Program-made: the position numbers and the translations under genes | The notes under the pieces: generated by a model | Told to the model about the DNA's origin: nothing | Database searches by the model: none | Seen by the model: only the letters and a program-made list of their open reading frames with translations | Assembly (NCBI GenBank): GCA_036785375.1 | Contig: JAWMAR010000191.1 | Location: 992,001-1,056,000, forward strand | From: Leucoraja ocellata | Taxonomy: Eukaryota | Length of the DNA stretch: 64,000 nucleotides | Direction of reading: 5' to 3' | Shown here: positions 1 through 13,825 of the stretch, piece by piece | Layout: every line of letters starts with the position of its first letter | Numbering within the stretch: the first letter of the stretch is position 1

Positions 1-1400
1 ATCATGCATTTATAATCTGAGGTCCCTCTGTTCTACAACACTTTCGAGGACCATAACATTCACCGGTTTGAGATCCGGGCAACACATCAAGCTTATCTGG
101 ATTAAACTGCATTTGCCATTCTTCAACTCACATACCCAGCTGTTCTTGATAGTGTATTTCATTGTCTGTGATTTTCGTGTTAGATGCAAGCTTACTAAGC
201 ATGCCTTGTACCTTCTCATCCAAAACAATGATATACTGTAGATGACAAACAACAATGAGCATTGCATTGACTCCTAAGATGCACCTCCAGTCACAGGCAT
301 CGAGTCTGAAAAATGATCGTACACAATCATCCTCTGCTTCCTATCAACAGACCAATTACATATTCTATTAGCTACCTCTCCTTAGATCCTGTGCAATCTA
401 ACCTTCCAGAGCAACCTACCATGCAGAACCTTATCAAAGGCCTTATTGAAGTTCATCCAGGCTACATGACCTACCCTGCCCCCATACGCCATTTTGGTTA
501 CTTAAAAAGAAAACTCACTTAATTTCATGAGATTTGATCACCCACACACAAGGTTGTGCTAACTAACTCTAATCAACCCCTGTATTTCCAAATATATGTA
601 AATCTTATCCCTCCTATAATTTGCCTGCGGCAGATGATAGGCTTGCTGCTCTATAATTGCCAGTTCTTTTCCCTTTGTAACCTTTCTTAAATTAAGACAC
701 AACATTAGCCATGCTCCAGTCTTCTGGCACCTCTCCTGGGGCCAACAATGATGCAAATATTTCGGCCAGGTTTCCCACGATTTTTTCTCTAGCTTCCCAC
801 AATGTTCTTGAATATACCCGATCACGCCCGAGGGATTTATCTGACCTCTTATGTTTTTAAGACATCCAGCACTTCCTGTATTGTAATGCAGACTATGCCC
901 AAGACATCCTTATTAATTTTCCTGAGTAATATAGAGGAGAAATATTTATTAAGGTTCCTTGCATAATGTTGAATTTGGCCTTTGAGGAACCCTATTCTCT
1001 CCCCTGTAATTTCTTTTTCCATTAACATACATAAAATCTCCATGTATTCTCTTTACCCTAATTTCCATTGGCACTGTTGCTTTCTATTGAATGCCCATAC
1101 CACACAAACCATATCCAAAATGGCATGCTTGTTTTTGAGGGAATCGCTACAGGGAATTTCCGCACTCTGCCCATTGCCTTTATCTTTCCTGGTGGTCACC
1201 CAGCTTCTTTCTCCCTAGGTGTGATCACCTCTCTGAAACTCCAACCTATGATACAGTTAACATCTTGGATGATCCTAAAGGATCCAGCTCCAGTTCAAAT
1301 TCCTTCAAGCAGTCTGTCAAGAGATGCAACTGGACAAACTCCCTGGAATGCTGGAAAATTCCTTGATTTTCCATATCCTCCAGGGCGAGCATACCATTGC
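1..1400 (-). mobile_element. Decayed CR1 (HER1-like) LINE fragment
   Basis: Minus-strand ORF pieces resemble CR1 ORF2 (NKYFSSI, QERCQKTGAWLMLCL.., RRDKIYIYLEIQGLIRVS, VLESVVEQRDL); many stops and frameshifts. Confidence 0.75.
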
Positions 1401-1489
1401 CCTAACAGCCATTTCGACTGTACTAAAATGAAAGAGAAAGGTTACAAAGACCTTACGTTATCTTACCACCACATTCTGCTCCATTTCTT

Positions 1490-1707
1490 GGGTTACACAA
1501 AAAAGCTGGAGAAACTCAGCGGGTGCAGCAGCATCTATGGAGCGAAGGAAATAGGCAACGTTTCGGGCCGAAACCCTTCTTCAGACCGTAACGGCCCAAA
1601 ACATTGCCTATTTCCTTCGCTCCATAGATGCTGCTGCACTCGCTGAGTTTCGCCAGCTTTTTTGTGTAACCTTCGATTCTCCAGCATCTGCAGTTCCTTC
1701 TTAAACA
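1490..1707. mobile_element. PLE pLTR-derived fold-back insertion with 14-bp TSD
   Basis: Inverted arms; CTGCTCCATTTCTT duplicated at 1476-1489 and 1708-1721; same sequence family as the UTR following the GIY-YIG fragment at 27040-27550. Confidence 0.85.
1554..1587 (-). ncRNA. Minimal type I hammerhead ribozyme motif
   Basis: Minus strand GGU-CUGAAGA-A-GGGU-UUCG-GCCC-GAAAC-GUU/GCC: core boxes, stem II with UUCG loop, 3-bp stem I, palindromic AACGUU in place of stem III. Confidence 0.7.
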
Positions 1708-2374
1708 CTGCTCCATTTCTTTACTGAAACCTCTCAAGTTTAAACCTCAAATTATATGGAGATATTTGGATGAGCCAGACATGTCACAAAAAAAGAGAGA
1801 TAAAGAGATTATGAGATAAAAGGAAGGAATTCAAGAAGGTGTAGTAATGTTTCATCAATTACAATTGGGAATTCACATGTCTGGAAATGGGACATTTTTT
1901 AGGAGGCTGACAACTGGATGGGGGTTATTGCAATGAAGCAGTGGTCCTGACTGTATTTGAAAACAAGGATGAGATTTTTTAAATTGAACCATTGTGGGAT
2001 CATAAACTGATTACATAAATAAGTAAGGGTATTGGATGACTTTTTGGTGCAAGCAATGCAATGGGGTCTAAAATATTGGATGCTTTCAAGGTCTCAAGAG
2101 AAAAACTGAAGAGGAATCATGACGGAGATATAAGAAAAACATGGATGAGATTTTCAGTATATACTGTAAGTTAAGTCAGGAACAGATCTGGCAATGTTAC
2201 TGGGTGGAACTGTACAGTCAAATTAATAGAATGGATATATTATTGGAAGCTATTTTGGGTCAGTCAGAAAGCTGGGTTGGGAATGACGTTTCAATTTGAG
2301 GCAGTATCAGAAGAGAGTTCACTTTCAATTATTTACCTTTTCATGTATGATCAAAACAATTACCGGATTTTATT

Positions 2375-2569
2375 TGTAGGAAAGAACTGCAGATGCTGGT
2401 TTAAATCGAAGGTAGACACAAAATGCTGGAGTAACTCAGCAGGACAGGCAGCACCTTTGGAGAGAAGGAATGGATGATGTTTCGGGCAGGGTCTCGACCC
2501 GAAACGGCACCCATTCCTTCTCTCCAGATATGCTGCCTCTCCCACTGAGATACTCCAGCATTTTGTGTC
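2375..2569. mobile_element. PLE pLTR fold-back insertion with 14-bp TSD
   Basis: Inverted arms; TACCGGATTTTATT at 2361-2374 and 2570-2583. Confidence 0.85.
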
Positions 2570-4104
2570 TACCGGATTTTATTGTCTTTGTACTGATTTG
2601 TGCTTCAAAATATTCAATCTTAACGCTGCCACCCTTCAGCTATTGCCTATATTAATTTCTCTTTCCACATTCAATTATATCTTCAGGGTTTTTTTATTAA
2701 TGGATTCAAAATAAGTTATTGAGCTTTCAAATATTTATTTTATAAAATCTGGTACGACATGGTTATTAAATTGTGAAAATTTTGGACAATAGCATAAGTA
2801 CTTTGCTTTGACAGGATAAGGCAAGATAAATAAGGTTTTGCCAATGGAAGGATTTCAAGTGCTGATGCAATCAATGCAGCAGATGCAAACAGAAAATGGT
2901 TATCACCAATTCTGGCAAAATTTCTCTTAACAAGCACCACTTGAGCAACTGCCAAGTAATTGCAACTCGGCAGGCTGCAGCAGATTGAGTAGAAAATGAC
3001 CTATTTCTGCTTTGAAAGGGTACATATCAAAAAGGGCTCATTCACAGATGAATATTTCATAATTTTAAAAAAATTGCGGAGAAGCAGGATAGTCGGGGTT
3101 GCAGTGCGATGATATCACAATATCACAAAGGCATTTTCATGAAATCTTCCAAGTTCATTTATTCCTGCTTCTGTTATTCAAGATGCTGTTCTTTTAGAGA
3201 ATAATTGGTTTGATTCACATAAAATCTCAAATAAAAATGAATCTGTTCATAGTCTATTGTCTCTTCTGAACCTGATAAACATACTGAGGTGGGTCTGAAA
3301 GAACCATGAATAAGTATGGGAAAGAAATCAGTGAAGCTCTGAAAAATAAAGGCCAAATGTTTTGTGGGTAGAGTGGATGTATCTTCATTAGGGCCCATTT
3401 TGTTCTGCTTGACCAGTCCGTTTTTAATTAAAAAAAAGAAAAGAGTTAGATTGTTGTCATAATGTAACGGGAGACAAGGTAAAGTTTTGCTTTATCTGCC
3501 TCATTCCATTTTCTAGCAATGGTAAGAATTCTAATAATATTCATATAATTCTCAGGGTGCTTGTTAAAACCTGAGATCAAAAGTGAAAGAAGTGTAAATA
3601 GGTTACTCTTTTGATTTCAATGCTTGACTTATAATTCTTCTGAATCAATCAAGCATAATGGAACCCAGTCCAACTCACTAACATTCAATGTTCCTCAGAG
3701 ACTCAGCTGCTCAGTGAAAGCCAAACATTATTTTTGCATCTTACGTTCAGTATAAAAATAAGCCATTTCTCACCTAGAATTAGATTATAGAAACAAAAAT
3801 TGTATCTAATACAGTGAATGCAAAATTGCCTGAGCTATGCAAAGACAAAATGGACAGAGTCATGTCAAAGAATCAGAAGGATAAAAATGGACATGACACA
3901 AGAAAAAAAAAAAGCTTTTTGACAAGAATCATTCCCAGGACATGAACATTATCAGCCTGGCTGGTATTTATTATTTATCACTTATTGTCCTGAAAGGGAA
4001 AGTAAGGAATTGGGAATGGTTTCCTTGTGTGCATGTGCTAAATGTGCAGAGTAGTAGCAGCTGCACATGGAATTCCATTTCCAAAACTGGGTACATAAGA
4101 TGAT

Positions 4105-4590
4105 CAGACAGAGGAGCAGATTTAGGCCAATCATCCATCAAGCATGCACTGCCATTCGATCATGGCAGATCTATGTTTCCCTCTCAACCCCATTCTCCTG
4201 TCTTCCTTCTGTAACTGACCATTTGAACAAATAATGAAAGGCCTAGAGAGAGGGGATGTGGGAGAGGATGTTTATAATAATGGGAGGGTCTAGAACCAGA
4301 GGGCACAGCTTCAGATTAAAAGGATGTACAGTACCTCTGGAATGGAGATAAAGAGCAATTCCAGAGATTAATCTGTGGAAATCAGTGCCACAGACAGTTA
4401 TGGAGGCCAAGGCATTAGGTATTTTTAAAGCAGAGATTTATAGGTTCTTGATTAGTAAGGGTGTCAAAGATTACAGGGAGAAGGCTAGAAATTGGGGTTG
4501 AGAGAGAAATATAGATCAGCCATGATTGAATGGCGGAGTAGATTTGGTTGGCCAAATTGACTAATTATGCTTCTATGTCCCATGGTCTTA
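4105..4590. mobile_element. Two CR1 3'-end fragments in opposite orientation
   Basis: Minus fragment ~4105-4215 and plus fragment ~4225-4590, the latter containing AATCTGTGGAA...GATCAGCCATGATTGAATGGCGG typical of CR1 3' ends. Confidence 0.75.
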
Positions 4591-5699
4591 TTTGTGCCAT
4601 ATGACTAAGGACAAATCTCCATTCAGAGTTTCAACCTGACGAGGATATAACAAACCAGGTTATCAAACTATAGTGAGAAGAACTCAAGTTCTCCTAATTA
4701 TTAATCCAGGCCTTTGAGATGTTCAATTTCAGTAACACCAGTGTGACACCATATATCACCTGAATAACATTGAACAGACTGAGTTCTTGAGAGGAAGCAT
4801 AAAACAATACTGTGGAATGTGGATCCATTTACAGATCTTGTGCACTGTTAGAAAAAATCCTTGCTGTTATCCTGCCTCCTGTAATCCTGTACTGTGCCAA
4901 GGTGGAAAGTAGAAATATCTGTAATATTACTTTTCCTCATATTCAGGAGCAACAAAAAGCAGTTAAATTGCAGATACTGTCCAACTCGGGATAATAAATG
5001 GATTCCAGAAAATCTCTGGCAGCCTACAATCAACTTGTTCCACTATTGTTTGCGCTGATTTACAGCATAATTACAGCTTGCATTACTGCTGTCAATGTCA
5101 GCCCTGCCGATGTGCACAAGGGCAATCTATAATTATAAAGATTCCATTATAGACCTCTATTTTGCACAGTAATATTCATAAATATATATTCAGTTAGCAT
5201 ATTCCTCTGTATTTTGTTCAAAGATATATAGATGTGTGATAAGAATCACTGAACAGAGTGGATAAAAATTTATTCTGCTCCCTGGCTACCCAATTACATT
5301 AACATCTGTGTTGCTGACAATTTATAAAAAGGTCAGCTGACGTAGAGTTTGAAACTTCCATTCTGATTTCCTTTTAAAAAAAAATCTTGAACGGCAGCCA
5401 GCCTTAGCATAGAGAATCAGCACAATCTTAAACCGTTGCATGAAATTATGGAAAATCATTCAAATGATTTAATGAAGGCTTCAATTGCTCTGAATTAGTT
5501 GCTATATAATTAGCATGTATGTTGATTAAATTCCTATCCAGTATACACACATGTGCATACACAGCCCTAAACCAGACATTATGCACTGGTACAATGATTG
5601 AAAAGTTTTTTTTTAAAAACAGTTACATTTATATGCTGCCTTTTGTAACCATGAAATATGTCAAAGATTTAAAGCTAATGAATTACTTAAAAAAAATAG

Positions 5700-5985
5700 C
5701 CTTCACATTAATGCAATTTCCCACAAACAGCAATGTGGTAATACCCAGATTAGCTGTTCTTAGTTATGCGCTGTGATAGATGAATATTGGCCAGGGCATC
5801 AGGGATTACACCCTTGCTCTCCTTCGGAATAATATCATGAATCTTTTACATCCACCTGGGAAAATTAATATCTTGTTTAACTATTCATCTGAAAGACAGA
5901 CTCTGACAGTGCAGCACACCTATAATTCTACATCGGAGTAATTATATAACCCCGATTCAAGAGTGGGATTTGAACCCATAACACA
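5700..5985 (-). mobile_element. Ancient DeuSINE (SacSINE/AmnSINE-like) relic
   Basis: AATATTGGCCAGG..CTTTTACATCCACCTG..CATCTGAAAGAC..GACAGTGCAGCAC..GAGTGGGATTTGAACCC resembles the reverse-complemented Deu domain and B box. Confidence 0.6.
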
Positions 5986-6011
5986 GCAAACAAGTTTTAA
6001 TGTAGTAAAAC

Positions 6012-6280
6012 CACTCAGCAGTTTCTTCCCAGCTGTTATCAGGCAACTGAATACCCTACCAACAACTAGAGAGCAGTCCTGAGCTTCTATCTACATTGGA
6101 GACCCTCAGACAATCTTTAATCGGACATTTACTGGACTATATCTTGTACTAAATGTTATTTGCATTGTTCCCTTTATCATGCATCTGTACACTGTGGACA
6201 GCTCGATTGTAATCATGTATTGTCTTTCCACTGACTGGTTGGCAAGCAACAACATATTTTCACTGGACTAGACTAAACCA
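6012..6280 (+). mobile_element. Rex1/Babar LINE 3' end fragment
   Basis: CAGTTTCTTCCCAGCTGTTATCAGGCAACTGAA followed by a 3' UTR; related copies at 11520-11822, 13259-13415 and 35411-35690. Confidence 0.6.
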
Positions 6281-6732
6281 AACAAAGTGTTTCAGCTGAG
6301 TGTTGTGAAACAAAGCACCATGGATCTAAAGTGTGCTCAAACTGTTAGGTTTTAAAGAGCATCTTGACAAAGGAAGGAGAGATTTTGGGAAGAAATTACA
6401 GAGTTTAATGGCATGAGAGCAGCAGTACAAGATGCTATTCTTTTCCCATTCACTGAATCTTTTTGCTGGTGCTGCGGTGGGGATGAGGGGGGACAAATGT
6501 ATTTGCTAAATCATTTGATGGTAAAACTATAATCAGCAAGCAGCTCTTGATGCGCTCCAGTTTTGATGCTATTAAAATCAAGCCTTCTTATGACTAAAAT
6601 CTAAGGAGCCTAGATTTTGTGTTAAATGTTAGGCCTTGAAAAGTTTACAGAAGATAAAGAGAGGCAGATCATAAAGGCATTTGAGAACAGCAGTCAGAAT
6701 TTCGAAATCATAACTTGTTTTGATCAAGAAGT

Positions 6733-6861
6733 AGAAACAAGGAACTGCAGATGCTGGTCTAACCAAAAGGACACAAAGTGTTAGAGTAACTCAGCAGGTC
6801 AGGCAGCATCTCCAGAGAACATGGATAGGTGATGTTCTGCTTCGGGACAATTCTTCAGACT
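6733..6861 (-). mobile_element. Single-arm PLE pLTR fragment
   Basis: GGAACTGCAGATGCTGG..GAGTAACTCAGC..TTCTTCAGAC family motif. Confidence 0.75.
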
Positions 6862-6904
6862 AATCAAGACCTATAAAACCTATAAAAACATATAAAACAA
6901 GACT

Positions 6905-7280
6905 AACATATAAAATTCTAAAAGGACTGGACAAGCTAGAATCAGGAAAAATGGTCCCATGTTGGGCGAGTCCTGAACCAGGGGCCACAGTCTTAGAATA
7001 AAGGGGAGGTCATTTAAGACTGAGGTGAGAAAAAAACGTTTTCACCCAGAAAGTTGTGAATTTATGGAATTCCCTGCCACAGAGGGCAGTGGAGGCCATC
7101 ACTGGATGGATTTAAGAGATAGAGCTCTAGGGGCTAGTGGAGTCAAGGGATATGGGGAGAAGGCAGGCACGGGTTATTGATAGGGGACGATCAGCCATGA
7201 TCACAATGAACGGCGGTGCTGGCTTGAAGAGTCGAATGGCCTCCTCCTGCACCTAGTTTCTATGTTTCTATGTTTCTATG
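6905..7280 (+). mobile_element. CR1 LINE 3' end
   Basis: TTTCACCCAGAAAGTTGTGAATTTATGGAATTCCCTGCC (FTQ.VVNLWNSLP), 3' UTR and (TTTCTATG)n tail. Confidence 0.9.
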
Positions 7281-8629
7281 GTCAAGGAACATGTGGATAA
7301 ACAAGATGTTGCTAGTTAGGGCATAGAAGATAGAGTTTTGGATAATTTCAAGCTTTCTGAGATTGGGCTGAGGAAGACAGTCCTGGAGTCCATTGGGAAA
7401 TGACTTGAAGTAACAAAGGCATGGCTAGATCAGTTATGGCAGGAGCAAAAGAAAGAAAATATATATTTTGGTGAAAATGTGGACATCTAATTGAAAACTC
7501 ATCTCGATCCTAAAATAGCACCAAGTTTGCAAACAGTCTGGAATAGCCTCGGGCAAATCCGCAGCCCTTAGCCAGCATTGAAAATCACTTATATTACTTT
7601 ATGGAGCAGTGCACTATCTTATACTTTGACTTATTTTGGAAGAATCTTCAACTACCATCTGCCTTTTACTCAATTGATTAATGAGACCAGCAGATTAAAA
7701 GTCATAAAATTTGGGAATAAATTGGTCACTGGTGAAGAAGAGCAGGTGGGGTGTAAAACCAATATTACCTGTTACTTCATGTAATTGGAAAGTCATTCAA
7801 ATCCGGCCAAGAGCATCAGACCGCCAGTCCATTCCTCTTGTAACACACTGTTGTGCATTGAACAACTGAAATATGGGTTAGAAATAAACACTACACAATT
7901 TACTCTATATTGCTATTTACTCTCAGTAATAAAGCTAAGAATATTTGCAGTCATTTAGCAAATTTGGTAGAATTTGTGAGGTTACAATGTTAAAAAAAAA
8001 CAATTAAACTTATGCAATCAGTTGTTATGTAAGAATGTTGCTTTCTTTGTGCTTTGAGACTTTTCCAAATAGCTGTTCTCAGCTATTTGTATTCACTTAT
8101 TGCTTACTAACTTTACAATGGGTGGCGAATTACTGCAATTTTAGTGTCCTTTAAGTGAATCAAATTGTACATGAGATTTAGTGATGTCCTGGATTGGAAT
8201 GGAGCAGCTTTATAACGAGTGAGTGGTCTGTTTATAGCCGTTGTGTTGTCGGAGTTGGGAAGCTGAGCAGTCACCATGGGGGGGCTCTACAACCACAGGG
8301 CTGCAGCAGAAAACTAATGATTTGGAGAGTGTGGGACCCGTTATATAACATATGTCACTCTGCAATGATGGCTTGAATACCATGTGACAAGTCCAACTCG
8401 ATCTTAGCGCTTACTTTCCAAATGAAAAAAATGGAATTTCACAGAGTCAGCACGACAATCACAGAAATAAATGACACTTGACAGATTGCAAGGAATTTGC
8501 CCTCCATGTGACTATGAATTCAAAACACTTTGGTCCATTGTGAGAACTACTAATACTGGGTGCCTTTTTATACTCCTGTCTCAAAAAGTAAGTTAAAGTA
8601 GATATACTTTTTCAGGTGTGGCGTTTCGA

Positions 8630-8745
8630 GTCACAGAATCATACAGTGCGGAAACAGGCCCTTTGGCACTAGTTCCACCTGCCCCTATTTGGCCCATAAT
8701 CCTCTAAATCATTCTATGCTTGTACCTGTCCAAATGTCTTTTAAG
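8630..8745 (-). mobile_element. CR1 3' tail fragment
   Basis: ACAGTGCGGAAACAGGCCCTT tail motif. Confidence 0.6.
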
Positions 8746-9274
8746 GTTGATAGAATATTGCTGGCTGAGATGTTGGAATAACTAACTCGTATTCTTTGGA
8801 TGGTATCATGGGACATCCTAAACTCAGTGTTTCAAAACAAATTAGCCCGAGCAAGACTGTGTTTACACTTGGATCTCCAAACTCAATTTTCCCTCTTTCT
8901 CCTTTTCAGTCTTTGTTATTATGCTGTGTTGCACAATACCTTTCTGCACAAGGCTGCTGACACCTAAACTATCTAAACCAGCCAACACATGGAACTGGAA
9001 AAATACTATCACCTGAAAATAACAAACTGAAATACTGTTTAACCAAATCCTCCGAAGGAAAAGTGAATCAATAACAGCTTCTTCTCCTATAAATAAGGTC
9101 TTGATTCGACCGACAGCTATGTTTGCATGGCTGCCATTAGACTCCTTAAACAGATATCAGCAGACAGAGAAAAGTATTCAAAGATGTGGTCCAAGCTACC
9201 CTGAAGATGTGTAACATTCCATTGTCTCTTGAGAATATCTGGCCCATGACCACACAAAGCAGAAAAAGAGCATG

Positions 9275-9375
9275 AAGATAGACACAAAATGCTGGAGTAA
9301 CTCAGCGGGACAGGCAGCATCTCTTCAGCATTTTGTGTCTATCTTCGGTTTTCAAGAATCTGCAGTTCCTTTCTA
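9275..9375. mobile_element. Short PLE pLTR fold-back with ~15-bp TSD
   Basis: CAGAAAAAGAGCATG (9260-9274) and CAGAGAAAGAACATG (9376-9390) flank inverted arms. Confidence 0.75.
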
Positions 9376-9475
9376 CAGAGAAAGAACATGGATGGAGAAC
9401 TTCGAGGCCATGAACTTGGAGCCCACAGAGGCCTTGTGTAAGCGGCATGCACTCCTTCACAAACTATACCTGGTC

Positions 9476-9688
9476 ACAGAGTGATACAGTGTGGAAACAG
9501 GCCCTTCAGCACAACTTGCCCACATCGGCCAACATGTCCCGGCTACACTAGTCCACCTGCTGACATTTGGTCCATATCCCTCCAAACCTGTCCTATCCAT
9601 GTACCTGTCTAACTGCTTCTTAAATGTTGGGATAGTCCCGACCTCAACTACCTCATCTGGCAGCGTGTTTCATACATCCACCACCCTG
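9476..9688 (-). mobile_element. CR1 3' end fragment
   Basis: GGAAACAGGCCCTTC..CCTATCCATGTACCTGTCTAA..CCACCACCCT. Confidence 0.8.
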
Positions 9689-11519
9689 GTCTACCAGACC
9701 ACCTCTTGCCCTATCGATTGAACAGTTTGTAGTTCCTAAATTGAACTCAATAGCCACCTTAGGATGTAAGCAAGCAATTGTAAATCTTAATGTACTGTCT
9801 AAGAAAAAAACTGTAGGGCATAGTCAGCATTTACAGAATTTCATTATCTCTCGCTTACCATGGGAACATAAAGCCAAAAGTAGTCCACTCAGCCCAACAA
9901 ATGTATTCTGCTCTACTTATGATAATAACTATCTGCATTTAACATTTATACCCAGATCTCTTGATACTTTAATTCAGTCTGGAAAATGTTGACTGAACCC
10001 AGTTTCGACAACTTTTTGTAAGGAGCTGTCAATCTCACTCCTAAATGGCTTGATTTAAATTTCAAGTATGCGTTCTTGTGTTCAGGATTTATTCAACAGA
10101 GATTATACATTCATTAGATGTGAATAGGGCAACACCTATTGTGTTCCTTCATTACCCTTGAACTGATGATCTTGCTAGGCCATTTTAGAGAGCAGTTAGA
10201 ACACACATTATGACCTTATCACGCACATTGTTGTTGGTCTTGGAGACGCAGAGAAGCCTATCAGATAAAGTGGACGGGTTCCCTTCCTCGGGAGAACATC
10301 AGCAACCCTGATTGCTTTTCACGATAATCTAGTATGTGCAGTGTCACTATTATGATAATAGATTTTAAGAGTTAAATAATTGATTTTAGATTCCTCAAAT
10401 GCCTCGCAGAGTTAGATGTAAAAATAGTGCAAGGAAAAATTCTTCTTTCATGGATTGCACATAAGAGATTCAGAAAAAAAACATCTACCCATGTTTCTAA
10501 ATTTCTACACAAATCCTTTTACAGATTAGCAACTTTGGTTAGATAATTCCAGTAATGTTAAATGCCATTTTGGGTGAAAGCACAGTTATTCAAATGGACA
10601 CGGATACAAAAGCAAAATATTTCAGCTGGTGAAAATTTGAAAATAGACTATAAAATACAAGGAAAACTTAGTAACTTAGGCTTATTAAGGAGAGGGAAAC
10701 AGTGTTAACATTTCAAGTCAATGGAGTTTTGTTAGAACAGCAAAACTCAGAAAGTAGAAATATGAAAGAATCTTCTTGCATTGGAAAATCTATGGTGAAT
10801 TTAACCCCAAATCCATGTTGATAGAAAGCCGAGCTGCTAGTAGCTCATAGTACATGGTTGTAATAATAGGTATCAAGCAAACATTGTGGATTTTGAAAAT
10901 ATTATTTAAATAGGATTGTTTGAAAGTGTTTAGAAACTAGTGAGGAAGTTTCCCTGAAAACGATCTCTTGTGAGTTTATTTAACTGTTTTCAGCACTGCG
11001 TCTGAGTCTTATTCATCTGTGGAGGACCCTTTTCGGCCTTGCATGTTAATTATATATTTAAAAAAATGTCATGCATTAAATTAACTTTACTGCAGTCATA
11101 CTCCAACTGCAGAATGGGTCTCGCCACACAATATTGCATACTGCAAAGTATCTTGGCTTGCAGTATTCCCACATCAAAGTTAGGAGGCCCGAGTTCACAC
11201 AATATGACTGCACAACAGCTGGGATGAAGAAGGATATGCTTTCTTTCAGATGTCCATTTAACAAGGGAATTACACTAAAGTTTTAGTGGCCAGAATATGT
11301 TCAGAGATGGCAAAGTTGATGATGTTCAGTACCAAACCAGCAGAGTGTGGGATGTGATCGGCAGCTTTTTCATTTTGCCCAAACGTTGTGCGTGGATTCT
11401 TGGCTCATCATCTTGGCTACCTGGCAAATGGGTGGAATGGAATGAAAACAAACATTGCCAATTCAGTAACTAGGCAGCTGGTGACTCCAATTAGCAGAAT
11501 GGTTCTTTTCCATTTGCCT

Positions 11520-11822
11520 CATGGGCTTCTCTGTTATCAGGCAACTGAATCATCTTACCACAACCAGAGAGCAGACCTGAACTTCCATCTACCCCATTAG
11601 TGACCCTTGGAGTCCAGTGGCGGAAATCCCGGGGAGGCCAGGGGGGACACGTTCCCCCCCCCCTGTTATGAGATCCCCACCCCCTATTTTTTTGTAATCC
11701 GGATTTTAAAACCCAGTGAAATCTCCGCTTTCCGCGAGACAGTGGACATTCTAATCTGCTGACTGGACACACGCAACAAAAGCTTTTCACTGTACCTCGG
11801 TACATGTGACAATGAACTAAAC
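11520..11822 (+). mobile_element. Rex1-like 3' fragment interrupted by an hAT-like fragment
   Basis: Homologous to 6012-6280, with a GC-rich insert at ~11615-11745. Confidence 0.6.
11615..11745 (+). mobile_element. Truncated non-autonomous hAT-like element (left end)
   Basis: CAGTGGCGGAAATCCCGGGG..GGGGGACACGT..TTTTTGTAATCCGGATTTTAAAA matches the left end of the element at 59560-60329. Confidence 0.6.
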
Positions 11823-12120
11823 TGGTGAACTGAAATTTAGCAGAAACTCAGAAGCTGGATTGAAAGTGGCATTTTAGTCAGTGTCCATTCCCCTAATTGT
11901 CCATTGAGCAGGCTCTGTTCATCCCATTTCTTAACATTTGAATTATAGACTCAAGAGGTGAGGAGGTTCTGTTTTACAGAGAAATAACTTCTTTAGCCTT
12001 GCCCCAACGTAAAAACTCCAATCTTCAGAACACGTATCCAAACAACCCGGTTACATTCAATCCTCTTGCAGTCATATTGCAGTTCTGGATAAATAAGTTG
12101 ATGTTATTGTGGGAACTTGA

Positions 12121-12338
12121 GTGGCATAGTGGCACACCAGTGGCATTGCTGCCTTGCAGAGCCAGAAACCCGGGTTCGATCCTGAATACAGGGCCTACAG
12201 GATCCCGCTCCAGTTGCCTCCACATTCCAAAGATGTGCAGATTTGTACATTATTTGGCTTCTATAAATGGGCCCTAGTGTAGGATAGAACTAGAACGAAG
12301 AGCATGTTTCTATGCTGCATCTCTAAATTAAACTAAAC
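12121..12338 (+). mobile_element. HE1-type V-SINE (internally deleted)
   Basis: tRNA-like head with B box GGTTCGATCC and (CTAAA)n tail. Confidence 0.8.
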
Positions 12339-12482
12339 TTCAGTCCATCAAAGGCTTTCTTTCCTTGTCACGGTTATTCTTTCCTCCAACAATAAAAGAA
12401 AAAATACCTTAAATTATCCACTTATCCTACTGTTTCAGGTGTTCATTGGGATTGAAATGAATATGTGCAATTTGCAGATGCA

Positions 12483-12592
12483 GGAGATGGCAGATGCTGA
12501 AATCTGAAACAAAAGGTAATCTGCTGGAATAATTCAGTAGTCAAGCAGCATCTGTGGAGAAAAAGGGATGGTCGACATTGCAAGTTGAACCG
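12483..12592 (-). mobile_element. Old PLE pLTR fragment
   Basis: GCAGATGCTGAAATCTG..GCAGCATCTGTGGAGA family motif. Confidence 0.55.
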
Positions 12593-12721
12593 CCCTCTCC
12601 CAAAAATGTAACAAGGCACAAGGGATTGTATTTTCAAACACTGACCTAAAGACCTTGTTTAGCTTGAATGTTGCCCAAGTATTAATGAGAAAGCTATTAA
12701 CATTTATTGTGATGACCTTGT

Positions 12722-12766
<45 letters not shown>
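12722..12766. repeat. (TA)n microsatellite
   Basis: Direct inspection. Confidence 0.95.
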
Positions 12767-12769
<3 letters not shown>

Positions 12770-13825
12770 TAATATAAGATGCAGGCTTTCAACCTTCTCC
12801 AAAGAATCAAAAGAATTAACTGAAATGGGAGTGAGCTTAACCTTTTCACAAACTGGGATCTCCATGAAAAGCCTTTAAAACCTTTTGCTTTATTGCCTGA
12901 GTTGTCTGGCATGATGAGCAATAATTAGTGTTTAGCAAAGTTTCTAGATCAAGTTACAGATTTCAAGTATATTGATTGCAACTTCTTCACATAAATATGC
13001 ACTAATATATTTTAATTTATTGATTTATTTTTTCTTATTGTGTTATATATGAGTACTGTGATTACAAACGCTATATGTTGGCGCAAGTAAGAATTTTATT
13101 GTTCTGTTTTTGGTGGTTATAGCACTGCATCAGCTATGGAGGACCCTGGTCTATTTTGTATGTTAATTAATAGCACTTACCTATATTCAGATGTATACCT
13201 AGATGTATTTCAACATCTAGCTCAACTATACCTTTACACTCTAGTCTTAACATAATAGGTTTAGGTTTATTATTGTCATGTGTACCGAGGTACAGTATAA
13301 AGCTTTGTTTTGCATGCTAACCAAACAGATCAGATATACCATACATAAATACAATCGTCAAATTCAAGTACAATAGAGAGCAAAGAGGAAGATACAGAGT
13401 GCAGAATATAATTTACAGACAGAACTGATTTTAATAGAGTAAAGCTATTGTATCGGATGATAGTAGATCTTTCTCTGGGAAGAGCAAGCAAAGAGTCGCC
13501 ATGCTCCGGTGCCATCTTGCAGGTCCATAAATACTTCATAAAATATTTTAAAGGAGAATTGTAAAAAGGGTGCTTTTTCCTTCTTGGCATGCTGTCAGTG
13601 GGAATTCATCATTGTGATTTACTGCTCATTCTGTTTGATTGCAATACAATTGTTTGATTGATTTATGGAAAGATAATGCCAAGAGGCCCTTCAGCCCACC
13701 AAGTCTATTACGTCAATCATTTACCTGTTCACACTAGTTCAATGTTGCTGAATTTGTGTGCACTAACAATTTCATGCCAGGTGGATCACAGAACATTGTA
13801 TATCTTAATAACGCTGTTACTTTGT

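Noticed and set aside
1068-1646. 192-aa ORF
   Set aside because: Spans the antisense of a CR1 fragment and a PLE palindrome; no coherent protein.
4105-4590. Inverted CR1 pair as a special fold-back element
   Set aside because: No TSD found; explainable as two independent insertions or an inverted truncation.
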